Assembly (NCBI RefSeq): GCF_006345805.1
Contig: NC_043010.1
Location: 53,010,001-53,074,000, forward strand
DNA length: 64,000 nucleotides
Direction: 5' to 3'
From: Octopus sinensis
Lineage: Eukaryota
Position numbers and translations under genes: made by a program. Shown in pieces: positions 12,457 to 26,427 of this stretch (position 1 is the stretch's first letter; every line of letters begins with the position of its first letter). The notes below the pieces were generated by a model. It was not told where the DNA came from and made no database searches. It saw only the letters and a list, made by a program, of their open reading frames with translations.

Positions 12457-12623
12457 TGGGGTTGTCTGTATGTCGATGTATGTGTGTATTTCTATGTACG
12501 TAATATTTATTGAAGCCTACACAGTTTCACTCTCGCCTGGACTATTAACGTCTATATGTTTACATACATACATGCATACATGCATGCATACATGCATACA
12601 TACATACATACTACATACATACA

Positions 12624-12657
<34 letters not shown>

Positions 12658-12686
12658 CATACATACATAAAAGCATGCATACATAT

Positions 12687-12736
<50 letters not shown>

Positions 12737-13044
12737 AATATATACATATATATAAGTGGAATACAACGCAATAGAGGACAATAAAGTATTCGGACAGATA
12801 GACGATACAAAGGTGGACAAGAGAAACAAGAATTAAAGGACAGGCAAAAAAAGGACGTGTCATTCGTGGCTTCTTTCCTCAGTCAAGTACCAGAACGTAC
12901 GACCGTTTCGAGTAGTTTCCCTTATATATATATATATATATATAATATATTATATATATAATATAATACATATACTCCCCACACACCACACTTGCATACA
13001 CACGCACGCACGCACGCACACTCACACACGGATGTCTCTATTGG

Positions 13045-14029
13045 TAATTACGAAGGTAAGGCAGCTCGGAAAACTCACTCTGATCCTTCTAATAATAAAA
13101 GAACTCCTGAATTTGTCGGTGAGATCCAGGCCACGATTGACAACAATCCCTGCAAGTCAGTCAGGTCCATCGCCAGTGAGATGGGAGTGTCTGAGTTTCT
13201 TATCAGGCAGGTAGTGCATGAAGACATACGGTATTCTTCATACAAGATGAGAAAATGCCAATTTTTATACCAAGCCATCAAGGACATGAGGGAAGATCGC
13301 GCTACGAAGCTTTTGTACAAAGTCAAGCATCCTCTGCAACCGAACATGTTTTGGCTTTTCTTAGACGAGAGAAATTTCTGCCAGGATCAGAGTGTGAACA
13401 CACAGAACAATCGTTAGCGTGCCGTGTCCTGAAAACATGTACCGAGAGTGATAAAAGTCAAATATCCAGTCAACATCAGGGTGTTTCGAATGATCACTAG
13501 TAATGGCGATGTTATGCCTCTCTTCATCTTCCCACATGGCTTCAGAATGAACACGGAGGAAGTAGTGCTATTCTGGGTCAAGAGAGCGGCTGCTGGAAGA
13601 CCCTATGTTTGGCAACAGGACTCTGCACCATGTCACACAAGCAGGAGAAACCAGTCATGGCTGTCAGACAATTTCCCCGACCACTTCACCCCTAACATCT
13701 GACCACCTAACTTCCCAGACTGCAATCCCCTTGATTATTATGTGTGGGGCGCAGTTGAGCAAGAGACCAAAATCACTGATAACACCAAAGATGAACTGAA
13801 AACAAGGATTATGGAAGCATTTACCAACTTAAACAAGGGAACCGTCCTGAAGAGTTGCAGGAGACTCCCAAGTCGTCTGGAGTCCGGGGTTGAAGCCAAT
13901 GGCGATTTTATTAAATAAATTTACTCTTTATTATTTCAAGATATATTTATGCAATTTTGATAAATATATCTGTTAAAATGCGATGTCAGTATTATTTTCA
14001 TTTTTGCATAATTTATTTACCGCACCATG
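13045..14029 (+). mobile_element. 5'-truncated Tc1/mariner, DD37D (maT-type) transposase remnant
   Basis: FLDERNFCQD...WQQDSAPCH...PDCNPLDYYVWGAVE with 37 residues between the second and third Asp; stops and frameshifts; TIR-like end ttatttaccgcaccatg|TA. Confidence 0.9.
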
Positions 14030-14097
14030 TATATGATTGTTTGTTATAGTTAACTTATAGATATAGTGCTTATAGATATTAGAGTATATATATACTA

Positions 14098-14387
14098 TTT
14101 TCAGACATTTGACTGCGGCCATGCTGGAGCACTGCATTGAATGGTTTCGCTCGACGAAATCGAAAACAATAATTATTTTTTTAAAAGTATAGTACTCATT
14201 CTATCGGCGTCTCTTGTCGAACGGCTAAGTTACGGGAACGTAAACACACCAATACCGGTTGTCAAGCGGTGATGAAGAGACAAACACAGGCACAAAGACA
14301 CACACACACGCAGGGCTTGTTTCAGTTTTCGTCTACCAAATCCATTCACAATGCATTAGTTGGCTCAGGGTTTATAGTAGAAACACA
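14098..14387 (-). mobile_element. SINE family A, partial
   Basis: Matches the tail (ccagcatggccgcagtcaaatg) and mid-body of the full copies at 28130 and 35357. Confidence 0.8.
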
Positions 14388-15219
14388 TACACACATGTAT
14401 ATACACATATACATATAGATGCATATACACACATTTTTTAATATTTATATATATATGTCTCTTTTGATACTTCGAATATTAAAAAGGATATTGTATTTTA
14501 TTTGATAAAATCCATTCTATGAAGGACCTCATTATAAATAATGAGGAGTAGTAATTAATGCGACCTTATCCGAAGATAATGAAGTTATAGTTTTATTTAT
14601 ATTTATCATTATATCTTGTTGTCAATTTTGGTGGATGAGTAAAATTATTCTTTATATTAAATAATTTTCCACAGATTTCAGTCATCTTAACATTTGGTTA
14701 AGACTAAATTTCAGATAATATCTAAAGATTTGTATCAACTGTTATTCCTCAATCTGTTTCACTAAGTAAATTTTTAAGAGATGTTTCGAAACTAAAATTA
14801 AATCAGGACCGTTAATACTGCGCAAGACTCAAAGGTAACCGTCACATAAAAAAAATCTTCTCGAAAGTATGAAAATCTTTTATGCAAAATATTTAAAATG
14901 TAGATTCAAATATTTTCACATAATTCTGATCCATTGATGCTTCCAAGGAGACATCAAAGAATTTCTCCTTTTTATTCTGTACAGGCTGAATTAAGAATAC
15001 GTCAATAAAAGATAAAATAAAATAAAATAAAATAAACAGGAAGGGACATGCTTGGTTTTCGAACACATAGTTATCTTGGAGTTCAGTCTACTGAATGTTA
15101 ACATAGTGATGTCATAAGTGAAGGCTATAAAGATTTCCGATTGGGTTTAGTTATGGAAATATACAAGTCTATAATAGCAACCTGAGAGAATTTAAGATGT
15201 TGCTTGTGAATAATACCGT

Positions 15220-15386
15220 TGTGGCTGTTTGGTAAGAAGTTTAGTTCCCAACCACATAGATCCGGGTTCAGTCGCACTGCCTAGCACCTAGGACAAGTGT
15301 CTTCTATTATAGCTTCGGGTCGACCAAAGCCTTGTTAGTGGATTTGGTAGCCAGAAACTGAAAGAGGCCCGTCGTATATATATATA

Positions 15387-15443
<57 letters not shown>

Positions 15444-15447
15444 ATGT

Positions 15448-15485
<38 letters not shown>

Positions 15486-15745
15486 TGTGTGTGTGTGTGT
15501 GTGTGTGCGTGTGTGTGTGCGTGTGTGTGTGTGTGTGTTTTCCGTCCAAAATCGCTTGACAACTGTTGTTGATGTGTTTACGTCCTCGTAACTTAGCGGC
15601 TCGGCAAAAGAAAGCGGCGAAATAAGTACTAGGTTTACAAAGAATAAGTACTGGGGTAGGTTTCATCAACTAAAAAGCCCTTTAAGGAAGTGCTCCAGCA
15701 TGACCACAATCAAATGACTGAAACAAATAAAAGAATGAAAGAATA
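15220..15745 (+). mobile_element. SINE family A (tRNA head, internal (TA)n(TG)n, tail)
   Basis: A-box tggctgtttgg, B-box gggttcagtc, central microsatellite and conserved tail. Confidence 0.85.
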
Positions 15746-15859
15746 AAACCATTCCTTTACTGACGTACTATCGCCTCAAAATGGGTAAAAAATTAAGTGT
15801 GCCTTTTCTTTTGTATTCTAAATGCAAGCGACCGAGAAGGGGCTCCTCTGGCGGATATC

Positions 15860-16100
15860 TGGAGTAACTTTACTCGACAGAGGCACGTAGCTTGGAGATG
15901 TTGGAGTCTCACCAGCTCTTGTAGCTACTTATCCACATTGAAATATCATAGCCTTGGTACAACTGCTATGTTCTTAGAATGTTGCAGGAAACAATAGCAA
16001 GACAGGTTCTTGAAGCAAGATCAACCAGTAGCAGACTTAGTGGTAATCCAAGAACTAAATAATTGGATAACATCTATAGTCTCAGCCGGAAATTATAATA
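15860..16100 (+). mobile_element. Degenerate RTE-clade LINE 3' fragment
   Basis: Translates as LLIHIEIS*PWYNCYVLRMLQETIARQVLEARSTSSRLSGNPRTK*LDNI, resembling the RTE C-terminal RWxGHVxRM...RxRGRPRxRW pattern. Confidence 0.6.
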
Positions 16101-16212
16101 ACAATTGCTTCTGATACGGCCTTATAGAGGAGGTGCTTATGGACTCTACGTTGGTGACTCTTTCAAGAATACTGGACGAAGAAAATGATGGATGGATGAT
16201 TTTTTTTCGCCC

Positions 16213-16453
16213 TTTTAAAGCCTAGCCAGGCTCATGGGCCCTATTTCCCTGTTTCAATGGCGTATGTGTTCCCCAGCTGGACGGGACGCCCGTCCATCGC
16301 AGCGTTACTCACTTTTGCTAGCTGAGTGGACTGGAGCAACGTGAAATGAAGCGTTTTGCTCAAGAACACAACGCGTCACCCGGTCCAGGAATCGAAACCA
16401 CAATCTTACGATCATAATGTTGATATCCGAACCACTAAGCCACGCACCTCCAC
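16213..16453 (-). mobile_element. tRNA-derived SINE family D
   Basis: Minus-strand head ggtgcgtggcttagtggtt...ggtttcgattcc followed by cttgagcaaaacgcttcatttcacgttgctccagtccactcagc. Confidence 0.75.
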
Positions 16454-16885
16454 TGGATGGGTGATTGGATCATTATAAATATAACTGAATACTGACTATA
16501 CTAATTATTCGTTTTTTTTAGTATTTACGGGGCTGAGGTTAATTGGCCGCCAGTTAGGAATATTAAAATCTATAGAGTTTGTTCCGAAAGTGTTATGCTT
16601 ATTATATGTGTAGCTAAGTATTTTCTATTACCACATATATATTAAGGGTTGTTGTGATTCCTTTATCTTACAGTCTTGCTGAGTTGTATGTGTCGAGGGT
16701 CAGATATTTTAGAAAATATATGATTTTATCTATGCCATACGGCATAAATATGGTAGGTCTTATCCTGCCTGGGAGCAAGGATGACTATCTGGTACAAACA
16801 CACGCTTTGCATTCGGCAAGTGTTTTCTATTATAACCTTAGACTGACCAATACTTTGCGAGTGCATTGTGTATTTGGTAAAACAA

Positions 16886-17262
16886 AACTGTGATGGTTCG
16901 GGGTTCAGTCCCACTGATTGGCACCTTGGGCAAGTGTGTTCTCGGGCCGGCCGAAGCCTTGTGAGTGGATTTGGTAGGCGGAAACTGAAAGAAGTCTGTC
17001 TTATATATGTATATATATATATATATATATGTGTGTGTTTGTGTTGTCTGTGTTTGTCCCCGCTCCCCCAACATCACTTGACAACCGATGCTGGTGTGTT
17101 CATTTCCCCGTCACTTAGCGGTTCGGTAAGAGAGGCCGATAGAATAAGCACTAGGCTTACAAAGAATAAGTCCTGGAGTCTATTTCCTCGACCAAAGGCG
17201 GTGATCCAGCATGGCCGCAGTCAAATGACTGAAACAAGTAAAAGAGTAAAAGAGAGTAAAGA
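16886..17262 (+). mobile_element. SINE family A, 5'-truncated
   Basis: Close match to the 28130 copy from the B-box through the tail. Confidence 0.85.
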
Positions 17263-17389
17263 GTATATGTATATATATATATATATCTTTGGGTGGGGGT
17301 GAATGTGTTTGTGTATAAATGTAAGCATACATGTGAGTGTGCGTTTACATATATTTGTAAATATATATATATATATATATATATGTTGA

Positions 17390-18470
17390 GGCATCAGAGT
17401 TCTCCTTCAAACAGGGACAACGTTTAACAGTGAAAAGCAACTTCACATGTGCTTCGGAGAACCTAATATACTCACTAACCTGCTCCGGGTGTCAAGAGCA
17501 GTACCATAGGCCAAACAAAAAATGGTTTGGTAAACGAATGGCCTGCACAGATCCCAGATAAAAATTCCCCAAAACAGAAAAATAGCTTTTAGCCAACACA
17601 TAGATACTTGCGCCAACAAAAAAACACCAAACTTCAGGATTTTCCCCCTCTACCAATTTAGGGACGATACAACCTCGAGACAACGAATAGTAAAGAAAAT
17701 CCTCTTATTACAAAATACAGGCCACTTCTTAACGGGTCTACAACAAACAATTAATATACCTCAACTTTAGAATAAAAGAAATATATACACACACACAAAT
17801 ATTACATTCCATAGAATCCATTACTAATCAGCCCCATCACAGCTACTTTACATTTCACCCATTCATATTCTCCCTTCTCTGTTTTTTTCTTCTTCTTCCT
17901 CTTCTTCTTTATCATCATCATTATCATCATCATCGTCGTCATCATCATCATCATCTTCTCCTTCTCCTTCTTCTTCTTCTTCTTCTTCTTCTTCTTCATC
18001 ATCATCATCATCAACATCGTCATCTTCTTCTTCTTCTACTTCTCCACCTTCTACCCCTTAACCTTGTCACTAATGTCTTTCAGTATAACGCCTACGCAAA
18101 TTCATAACAATTCCTGAATTGAACTGCGACTGCTGTCCGCCACTGACCATTCAAAATACGACCATCAAGGCATTCCCAGATTTCCCCACCCCCTCTCCAC
18201 ATCAGCCTTCTGTTTCTCCTACCCTACCAAGAACTCACACACGACCTCGAACACACAAGTGCAAACAAGGGAGTCAGAGAAAAGCAGAATGCCACTTATA
18301 TCTGAACACTACTATAGAAATATTCTTTTAAAAAAACTTTTCTTCTAATTTTTCTAAATTAATTATCTAATCGTTACAGTTAAAAGGTCTCAAAATGACC
18401 GAAACCGGTACTGAAAGATTCACTATAAAATTATCTTAGCATTTTCTATTTTTGACTTGTTTTTATATAT
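17390..18470 (+). mobile_element. Penelope-like element 3' end (GIY-YIG endonuclease, 3' UTR, decayed HHR)
   Basis: KSNFTCASENLIYSLTCSGCQEQY(fs)IGQTKNGL...NFRIFPLYQFRDD...KYRPLLN; HHR remnant ggtc-tcaaaat-gacc GAAACCGGTA at 18377-18413. Confidence 0.8.
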
Positions 18471-18473
18471 ATA

Positions 18474-18506
<33 letters not shown>

Positions 18507-18840
18507 CATACTCATATGTTGACGCTCATGATATAGTTTTCTAACTTTTACACATTACATGCAAGCAAAGTGTGAATTATTATTTTGGTGGTGTGGTTCT
18601 GACGATAAGCACAGATCACGTAATGTGCGAGCGAATATCTCTAATTTGAAAGCCTTATTACGTTTACACCATCACAAATATTGCTGATGTCACGTCGCTT
18701 TCCATAGATCTAAAATCTGTGTCTGTCCAAATATAGATTTCTTGTTGAAATTCAGGTAATTGTACAGCTTTTGCAGGAAGCAGATGACGTTAATTGTAAT
18801 ATGCTAACGCACTATATATAAGCCATATGATTATATATAT

Positions 18841-18890
<50 letters not shown>

Positions 18891-19001
18891 TTTATATATC
18901 ACAAATGAAGACAGAAGATGGAATATACGAGAATATATACATGTACACATATATATATGTATGCATATATATATATATGTATATATATACACACATATAT
19001 G

Positions 19002-19032
<31 letters not shown>

Positions 19033-19408
19033 ATGTATATATATGTATATATATTTTTATGCATTTATGTATAATAATCCAAGTAGTGATATAGCTTAAA
19101 TCTACCAAATTTTTATGTACAGGTGTAGGCATGGATGTCTGTTTAATCAAGTTCATTTCGCAACCACGTGGTTCTGGGTCAGACCTCGACTATAGACCCC
19201 GGATAATCAAAGCAATGGCGTCGCTACCTGAGCGAAATGATTACACGGAAACTATATGTTGATTTGAAAAAAATTAAAATGTATAAGCAAGAGGCACACA
19301 TAGAGGTATACGCATGCACATATGGAGACACATACAATAGGAATACAAAATACAAAATGGCTGACCGTTAGTAAAGAGAGACACACAAATAAGAAAGAAG
19401 AAAGCAAA

Positions 19409-19453
19409 GGACCACTGATGAGGTCACAGGAGTGTGACGAAAGAACTCTGGCC
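19409..19453 (+). ncRNA. Type I hammerhead motif
   Basis: ggacca CUGAUGA g gucaca-ggag-ugugac GAA AG-aa-CU C uggcc: 6-bp stem II with one extra G, CUC triplet, stem I 4 of 5 pairs. Confidence 0.65.
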
Positions 19454-19727
19454 GAAATAAGATAAAGATTAATGTAAAAAATAAATAACGCTGAAGCAAA
19501 GTAACACCAAATATATAAACTGGCAAAACGACCATTCCTAAATACAACAATATATATATATATATATATATAAACACCTACACAAACACTTACATAATAC
19601 ATATAGTTAAATACATATACAGACACACATATACCGTATTCGCATACATTTATGTACATAGGTATACTTACACACATACATAGATATAGCGGCCATATAT
19701 ATATGTGCATATATATTATATATTTAT

Positions 19728-19764
<37 letters not shown>

Positions 19765-20774
19765 TAGATATATATATATATATATATACATATACACATA
19801 TAGACATATACATACACATACATACACACATACACAATACTATATATATATTAATATATATATATATATATACACTATATACGTTTCAGATAGGCCATAG
19901 ATTTACAAAAATACTATATTACCTGTGGGCTTATACATATCTATTTAACTTGATGTACATACATATGCACACAAAAATTACATATGGTAAAAGATTTTCT
20001 CTCAGCAATATACTTACCCGATAAGTATATATTCCACGTGTTGTAAATTATTCTATATAGAAATTACAAAATGTGTATTTGCCACTTTGAACGAATTTAC
20101 TTTCAGAGTATAAGTCCATACTTTCTTATGTGTGTGTATAGGCACATACACCAATACTCTATGTACTGGTAATGGAGACGTATAACCCACATAGATACAT
20201 ACACTCAGGCACACACACACAGATGTATGCATACATTCATATACATATATATACATGTATATACACATATATGTACACATGTACACCCACACAAATATAT
20301 GTATACATACATATATATATTTAAAAATATATATAATTTTTAAAAAACATATCCAAAAACATGCATACTCTTACAAATATCTTGTATCCACGATCCCAGG
20401 TGTTAAGATCGTCTGCATGTACAATCAGAAATATATATATATTATAATAAATAGATGAGTGTATTTTTACCTTGTTAACAATTAACACGGAAAAATAAAT
20501 AAATAGTTATCAGGGCAGCAAAAATATATATATGTATATATATAATATATATATTGTTAAAATTTACAGCAAAACAAAAGAGGAGGACAGGTGTCGGAAC
20601 AACAAACAGGTGTATTAGTTTAACACTCGGACAAATGGAAAAGTCTTTTAGCGTTCAAGCGTTCTTCGACAGAATGTAATAAGATGGAAAAATGGAGGGA
20701 GAATGAAAATAAAAGCGGAGAGAGAAAACAGTGTAGATTTTAGCGTTCCAACATGTATGTATAGAAGTAGTATA

Positions 20775-21130
20775 TCTATCTACTATCTATCTATCTATCT
20801 ATTATCTATCTATCTATCATCTATCTATCTATCTATCTATATCTATCTATCTATCTATCTGCTGTCTGTCGTCTGTCTGTCTGTCTGTATGTCTGTCTGT
20901 CTATCTATCTATCTATCTATTATCTATTATTATCTATCTATCATCTATCTATCTATCTATCTATCTATCATCTATATACTACCTATACCTACTACCTACT
21001 ACCTACCTATCTATCTATCTATCTATTATTATCTATCTATTTATCGAATCTATCTACTATCTATCTATCTATCTATTATCTATCTCTCTTATCTATCTAT
21101 CTATATATCTATCTATCTATCTACTATTAT
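20775..21130. repeat. (TATC)n/(TGTC)n tetranucleotide tract
   Basis: Direct reading; explains ORF 20703..21308. Confidence 0.95.
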
Positions 21131-21904
21131 CTATCTAATTATTGATCCAACTAGCAAGATAGCTAGCTGTCTGACTGTCTGTCTATCTATATATGTATCT
21201 CTCTCTCACACACACACTCTCTCTCTCCCTATCTATTTGTCTGTCTGTCTGTCTGTCTATATATTTGCGTGTGTGTTTGTGTTTGTGTGTGTGTGTTATC
21301 TAAGCTAAATAAGATTATCTCTGAAGAAAAATAATCAATATCAATGTAAGTACGCTGCACAAGCCATAAAACTGAACACTGTCCACTTCACTAGAAAGAA
21401 GAACAACTGGGAATAACGGGACTAAGTTATAAATATCCACAAATAAACATAACTAAAATGTATTTCCATCCTCAGCTGCCACACGAATATCACTATAGTT
21501 TCGATGGCATAGAATTCGGCAGAGTCAACAGCGTTAAAATTATAAGCGGTGCGTGGGAATCAATACTAATCTGTAGGAGTGTTACATTAGCATAATATAT
21601 CCATGACTACACACTTGCTTGATCTTTACAAGTAACAGCAATTTAAGCAGTATTAATTTATAATTACAAATCATTACCTATATAACGAGGAACTTACTCC
21701 GAAAAATAAAAAAAATATATGTGATCCTAAAAATTATAATGCAAAAGAACTATTTAAACTCCGGTACTCCACATAACACTAATCCAATAAACGGCAAGCT
21801 AAGAACTTTAAACTTATAGACATTACAAGGGACAGAGGCTAATAGATACGTTTTGTTATCAATCTATATCGAATCACACACATGAAACAACATCAACAGC
21901 AAGC

Positions 21905-21946
<42 letters not shown>

Positions 21947-21975
21947 ACAACACACACACACACACACACACACAT

Positions 21976-22020
<45 letters not shown>

Positions 22021-22273
22021 GGTTATAGAGACAGATACACCCTCAAACAACTCAATCATCATTGAATGCCCTTATCCAAAATAGGACTATATAGGACTAA
22101 ATATGAAAATTACCATACGGATAAGTTAACATTTCTTTTTACTAACATTATTTTTCCTACTTTTATTTTGTTCATTATTTACGAAAGTAAAATAATTCCA
22201 ACAACTTGTAGTTATATAATTTTAGCTTGGCATGTCTTTATATAGGATGCACATAGCAAAATAATTTCATATA

Positions 22274-22386
22274 ATATAGACCTGAAGATTGGCATTATAA
22301 TCGTTTTAATATGGTATTATATCTAGAGACATTCTATTTCAGCAATGTCGAGGAATATGTTGTCATGAAACGCCCGTAGTCTATAT
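22274..22386 (+). ncRNA. Type I hammerhead motif with a 78-nt stem II domain
   Basis: auauagac CUGAAGA [78 nt] GAA ACG-cc-CGU A gucuauau: perfect 8-bp stem I, GUA triplet; U-U at the base of stem II; inner hairpin gacauu/aauguc. Confidence 0.75.
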
Positions 22387-22731
22387 AATGTAATGTATAT
22401 TTGAAATAAGGATTGAAGGTGTTAATTTTGATAATTTGGAATAAGAATTGTAGGCATTAATTTTGATTATTTTAATATTTAGTCCTTATGTGCCTATTGT
22501 CGATAATGTCATTCAATGATGATTGAGTTGCTTGAGGTGATTCTGTCTCTTAAACCTATCTATATATTTGTATATAATACAGTGAATAATTAATTTTAGT
22601 ACCACTAAATTGAACTTCTCTCCCCTGTGAACTCGGAAATAATTTCCCTAATATTAAAATAATATATATATATATATATATGTGGTGTGTGTGTAAGCAT
22701 CTATATTAAAATTAATATATAATATATATCG

Positions 22732-22766
<35 letters not shown>

Positions 22767-23264
22767 GTGTGTGTGTGTGGTGTGTGTGTGTGTGTGTGTG
22801 TGTTTGTATGCGTGTGTTGTGTGTTGTGTTGTGTGTGTGTGTGGTGTGTGTGTAAGCATTTATTGTGAACAATATATTTTATAACTAACATCGTCGAACA
22901 ATGTACAGGTAAAAGAAAAGCAGGTCAATCTATAAAATAGCTTCAATATTATAAGATAAAATAACCGAATAAAATGCTACTAAAAGTAAAATAAAAGTAA
23001 CAAAAATAAACGAAATAAAGTAAAATAAAAAATATTGAATAAAAATATAATAAAATAGATAAATAAAAATGAATTTAGAATTAATTTGAATTAAAAATTA
23101 TATATAAAAAAATTAATATGAAAACAATAAAGACGGTAAATTTATGTAAGTGATAAAATGTCCTACTTAGCAAGAGACCAAGAATCCATTATTAATTAAA
23201 CAGCCATTGTGCTCATTACCTGGGAACAACTCAGACTACGTTTAAGCTATGAAATAAAGGAATA

Positions 23265-23540
23265 CGTGGTGTGATCAATAGGTATCCGGACTGTTGCTAT
23301 AGTAACGAAGTTAAAGCACAGAAAATGAAGCGGTTTGGCGCATATTGATCTTAGACGCTGCTGTTCATGCGCATAAGTTCTAACTTTCTAGCTCTCTTTC
23401 GCTGGTTACAGCAGTGCTTCGAAGGAAGGTGTGTAGTGTATGGTCGCTGTATTGACAATATAAGAGAGAGTTGAGGAGAGAATCTACATCAAATTTTGCC
23501 AAAAGCTTGGTTGGTGATACCTGCTCGGAGTTTTTTAAAA
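23265..23540 (+). mobile_element. Mariner 5' fragment
   Basis: TIR-like cgtggtgtgatcaataggtatccggact and EERIYIKFCQK-like N-terminal codons. Confidence 0.6.
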
Positions 23541-23636
23541 TGTTTTCATCGTTCTCGATACGATCAAGGAGATCTTGTGCAACTCCCTTTAAGAAGATAA
23601 TATATCCTCGCAGAGACTATATATTTATATATATAT

Positions 23637-23940
23637 ATCACTTGATCACTTGACCGACCAGCCCGTCAGGCGTCCATTTGACACCGCTGGTCACAGCACG
23701 CTGTCCACTCCTCTCTGGATCGCGCCTTTCTCATCCACGAGATCCCAATCGTCCTCCTGAAATCGTAACTCCACCGTCGTGGAGGTCTTCCGGGTGGTCT
23801 TTTCCGCTCGCGCGGGTACCACTCGACAACTGCGTGGGACCACCGATTATCGGTGAGCCGGGCGACGTGTCCAGCCCATCTATACTTGCTGCGTGTATAC
23901 TCTGCGATGACATCTCTCACGCCGGACTTATTTCTGATGA
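23637..23940 (-). mobile_element. RTE-clade LINE 3' end with (CAAGTGAT)n tail
   Basis: KYRWAGHVARLTDNRWSHAVVEWYPRERKRPPGRPPRRWSYDF...ARSREEW, then a stop and a tandem tail. Confidence 0.92.
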
Positions 23941-23990
23941 TGTATATATATAATATATACATATATTTATACACAGATACGTGTTCTGTT

Positions 23991-24454
23991 TAAGGCGGCA
24001 AGCTGGCAGAAACGTTAGCACGCTGGGCGAAATGCTTTGCGATATTTCGTCTGTCTTTACGTTGTGGAGGGGCAATGGCCCAGTGGTTAGGGCAGCGGAA
24101 TCGCGCCCGGTCATAGGATCGCGGTTCGATTCCCGCGACCGGGCGTTGTGAGTGTATTGAGCGAAACACCTAAAGCTCCACGAGGCTCGGCAGGGGATGG
24201 TGGTGATCCCTGCTGTACTCTTTCACCACAACTTTCTCTCACTCTTACTTCCTGTTTCTGTTGTTACCTGTATTTCAAAGGGCCGGCCTTGTCACTCTCT
24301 GTGTCACGCTGAATATCCCCGAGAACTACGTTAAGGGTACACGTGTCTGTGGAGTGCTCAGCCACTTACACGTTAATTTCACGAGCAGGCTGTTCCGTTG
24401 ATTCGGATCAACCGGAACCCTCATCGTCGTAACCGACGGAGTGCTTCCACTTCC
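23991..24454 (+). mobile_element. Composite: SINE C head fused to a full SINE B, inside one target-site duplication
   Basis: acgtgttctgtt at 23979-23990 and 24455-24466; C head 23991-24065, B body 24066-24454. Confidence 0.8.
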
Positions 24455-24898
24455 ACGTGTTCTGTTAATTTATCGTATATTTGCCTCAGTTAACTCGCGT
24501 GTAAAGGCGTTTTCGTTTCTCTGTATATATACTGTATACAGCTCAGCTAACTCTGAAGCTGCACACATGTATACACGGTTCTCGATACATTTTACATATC
24601 AACATATTTATTTAATTTATGTATAGTAATCACGTGACACGAACGATATCCTCTTACAATGCTCTTATTTAGATGCCATGGAGCCAATCAAAGCCTTTTT
24701 AAAAATTCTGATTTAGATAGGTATATTGGCATTAAGCTTGCGTACTATACACCTCTAATAGTATGTCATTTGTGCGTACGTGTATGTGTGTGTGTATGTG
24801 TTGTGCTGAGTGTGCTAGCGTATGTGCGCGTGTCTGTGTAAATTACGTTATGTCTGTATGCATGTATATATATATAAAGAACACACATTATATTTATA

Positions 24899-24942
<44 letters not shown>

Positions 24943-25016
24943 TATATATATATAAAACTTATATTATATATATGTGTATATATTATATATGTATGTATAT
25001 ACGCTCTACTCTTTAC

Positions 25017-25215
25017 ACTTTTACATGTTTCAGTCATCTGACTTCGGCCATGCTGGAGCACCGCCTTTAGTCGAGCAAACCGACCCTAGGACTTATTCTT
25101 TGTAAGCCTAGTACTTATTCTATCGGTCTCTTTTGCCGAACCGCTAAGTTATGGGGACGTAAACACACCAGCATCGGTTGTCAAGCGATGTTGGGGGACA
25201 GAGACACACAAACAC
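25017..25215 (-). mobile_element. SINE family A tail half
   Basis: Near-identical to the tail of the 28130 and 35357 copies. Confidence 0.85.
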
Positions 25216-25258
25216 ACACACACACAAACATATGTTTATATATATATATATATATATG

Positions 25259-25290
<32 letters not shown>

Positions 25291-26385
25291 CACATATATA
25301 CAGACATATATATAATACTGAATATAAATGTGTATATGTATATGTATATACATATAACATATATATATATATTATATATATATATATACATACATACATA
25401 CATACATACATACATACATACATACATACATACATACATACATACGTACACACATACAGATGAACACACGCATTCACATACCTGTACATATTTACATGCA
25501 CACCACCCACTGATATATATAGATATACGCACAGAAGGTACAAAAGATAGGATGAAGTAAGAAAAACAATAAATGTGCGCGTTTAGGTGTTTTTGTGTGT
25601 GTTTGTATGCATGTGTCCATGTGCGTATATCAGTCCGTGCGTGTGTGATGTGTAAGCATGTATATGAATATACACACGTACATTTTCGAGTTCAAACGAT
25701 CCTCACGAATGCCAAAAAAAAAAAAAAAAAACACACACTCATGCAAGTACATAATATATTCAGATAAATACGGATTTAGAATCGGTAAGTAATACGTAAT
25801 ATATCTCCATATACTTTATTTCATATGGAATCTTCAGCATCTTTTATCTTAGCATGGCATTAATTCCAGATTAGGAGGAACTATGAACTCACAAATTATT
25901 TTTTTTTAATAGATAAATCTATTGCTTTATTTTGAAGAGTTTCAATGATACAATTCTTTTAATATGTATAATTTAAAAAAAAATGAATAAATAAAAAATA
26001 TAATGGTTTTCATTTTTCATTGAGCAAGGTAAAGATTCGAATTGACAGAAAATATATATCCATATATTTATTTATTATTGGTTTTTCGAAAAAATGTCTT
26101 GTTCGTTTAACGTAAATTGTAAATCTTGGATATTTTATTTTAAAAAGGAGATCGATAATGATTATGTACGCATGTACGCTTGTATGTATCTACACACACA
26201 CACACACACATATATAAATATGCATGTATACATGTAAGAATATATATATACACAAACACACATACACATATGTATATATATATGTGTGTGTGGCTAGGCA
26301 CTCTTACGCACATAAATGACGTAGAATAAGAAACAAACTGCACACGTATACACACGCACACACACACACATATAATGTATGTGTA

Positions 26386-26427
<42 letters not shown>

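Noticed and set aside
12870-12920. GAAACGGTC and CTGAGGA on the minus strand
   Set aside because: The order and spacing do not give a type I, II or III hammerhead; at most a 5'-truncated half motif.
20650-20690. Possible HHR relic (ctgtcgaagaacgcttgaacgctaaaagac, minus strand)
   Set aside because: Too degraded to fold from this copy alone; counted only as a possible relic.
21360-21800. Possible I/Jockey-type LINE RT relic
   Set aside because: Only weak motif echoes (VHFTRK, VKIISG) across broken frames.
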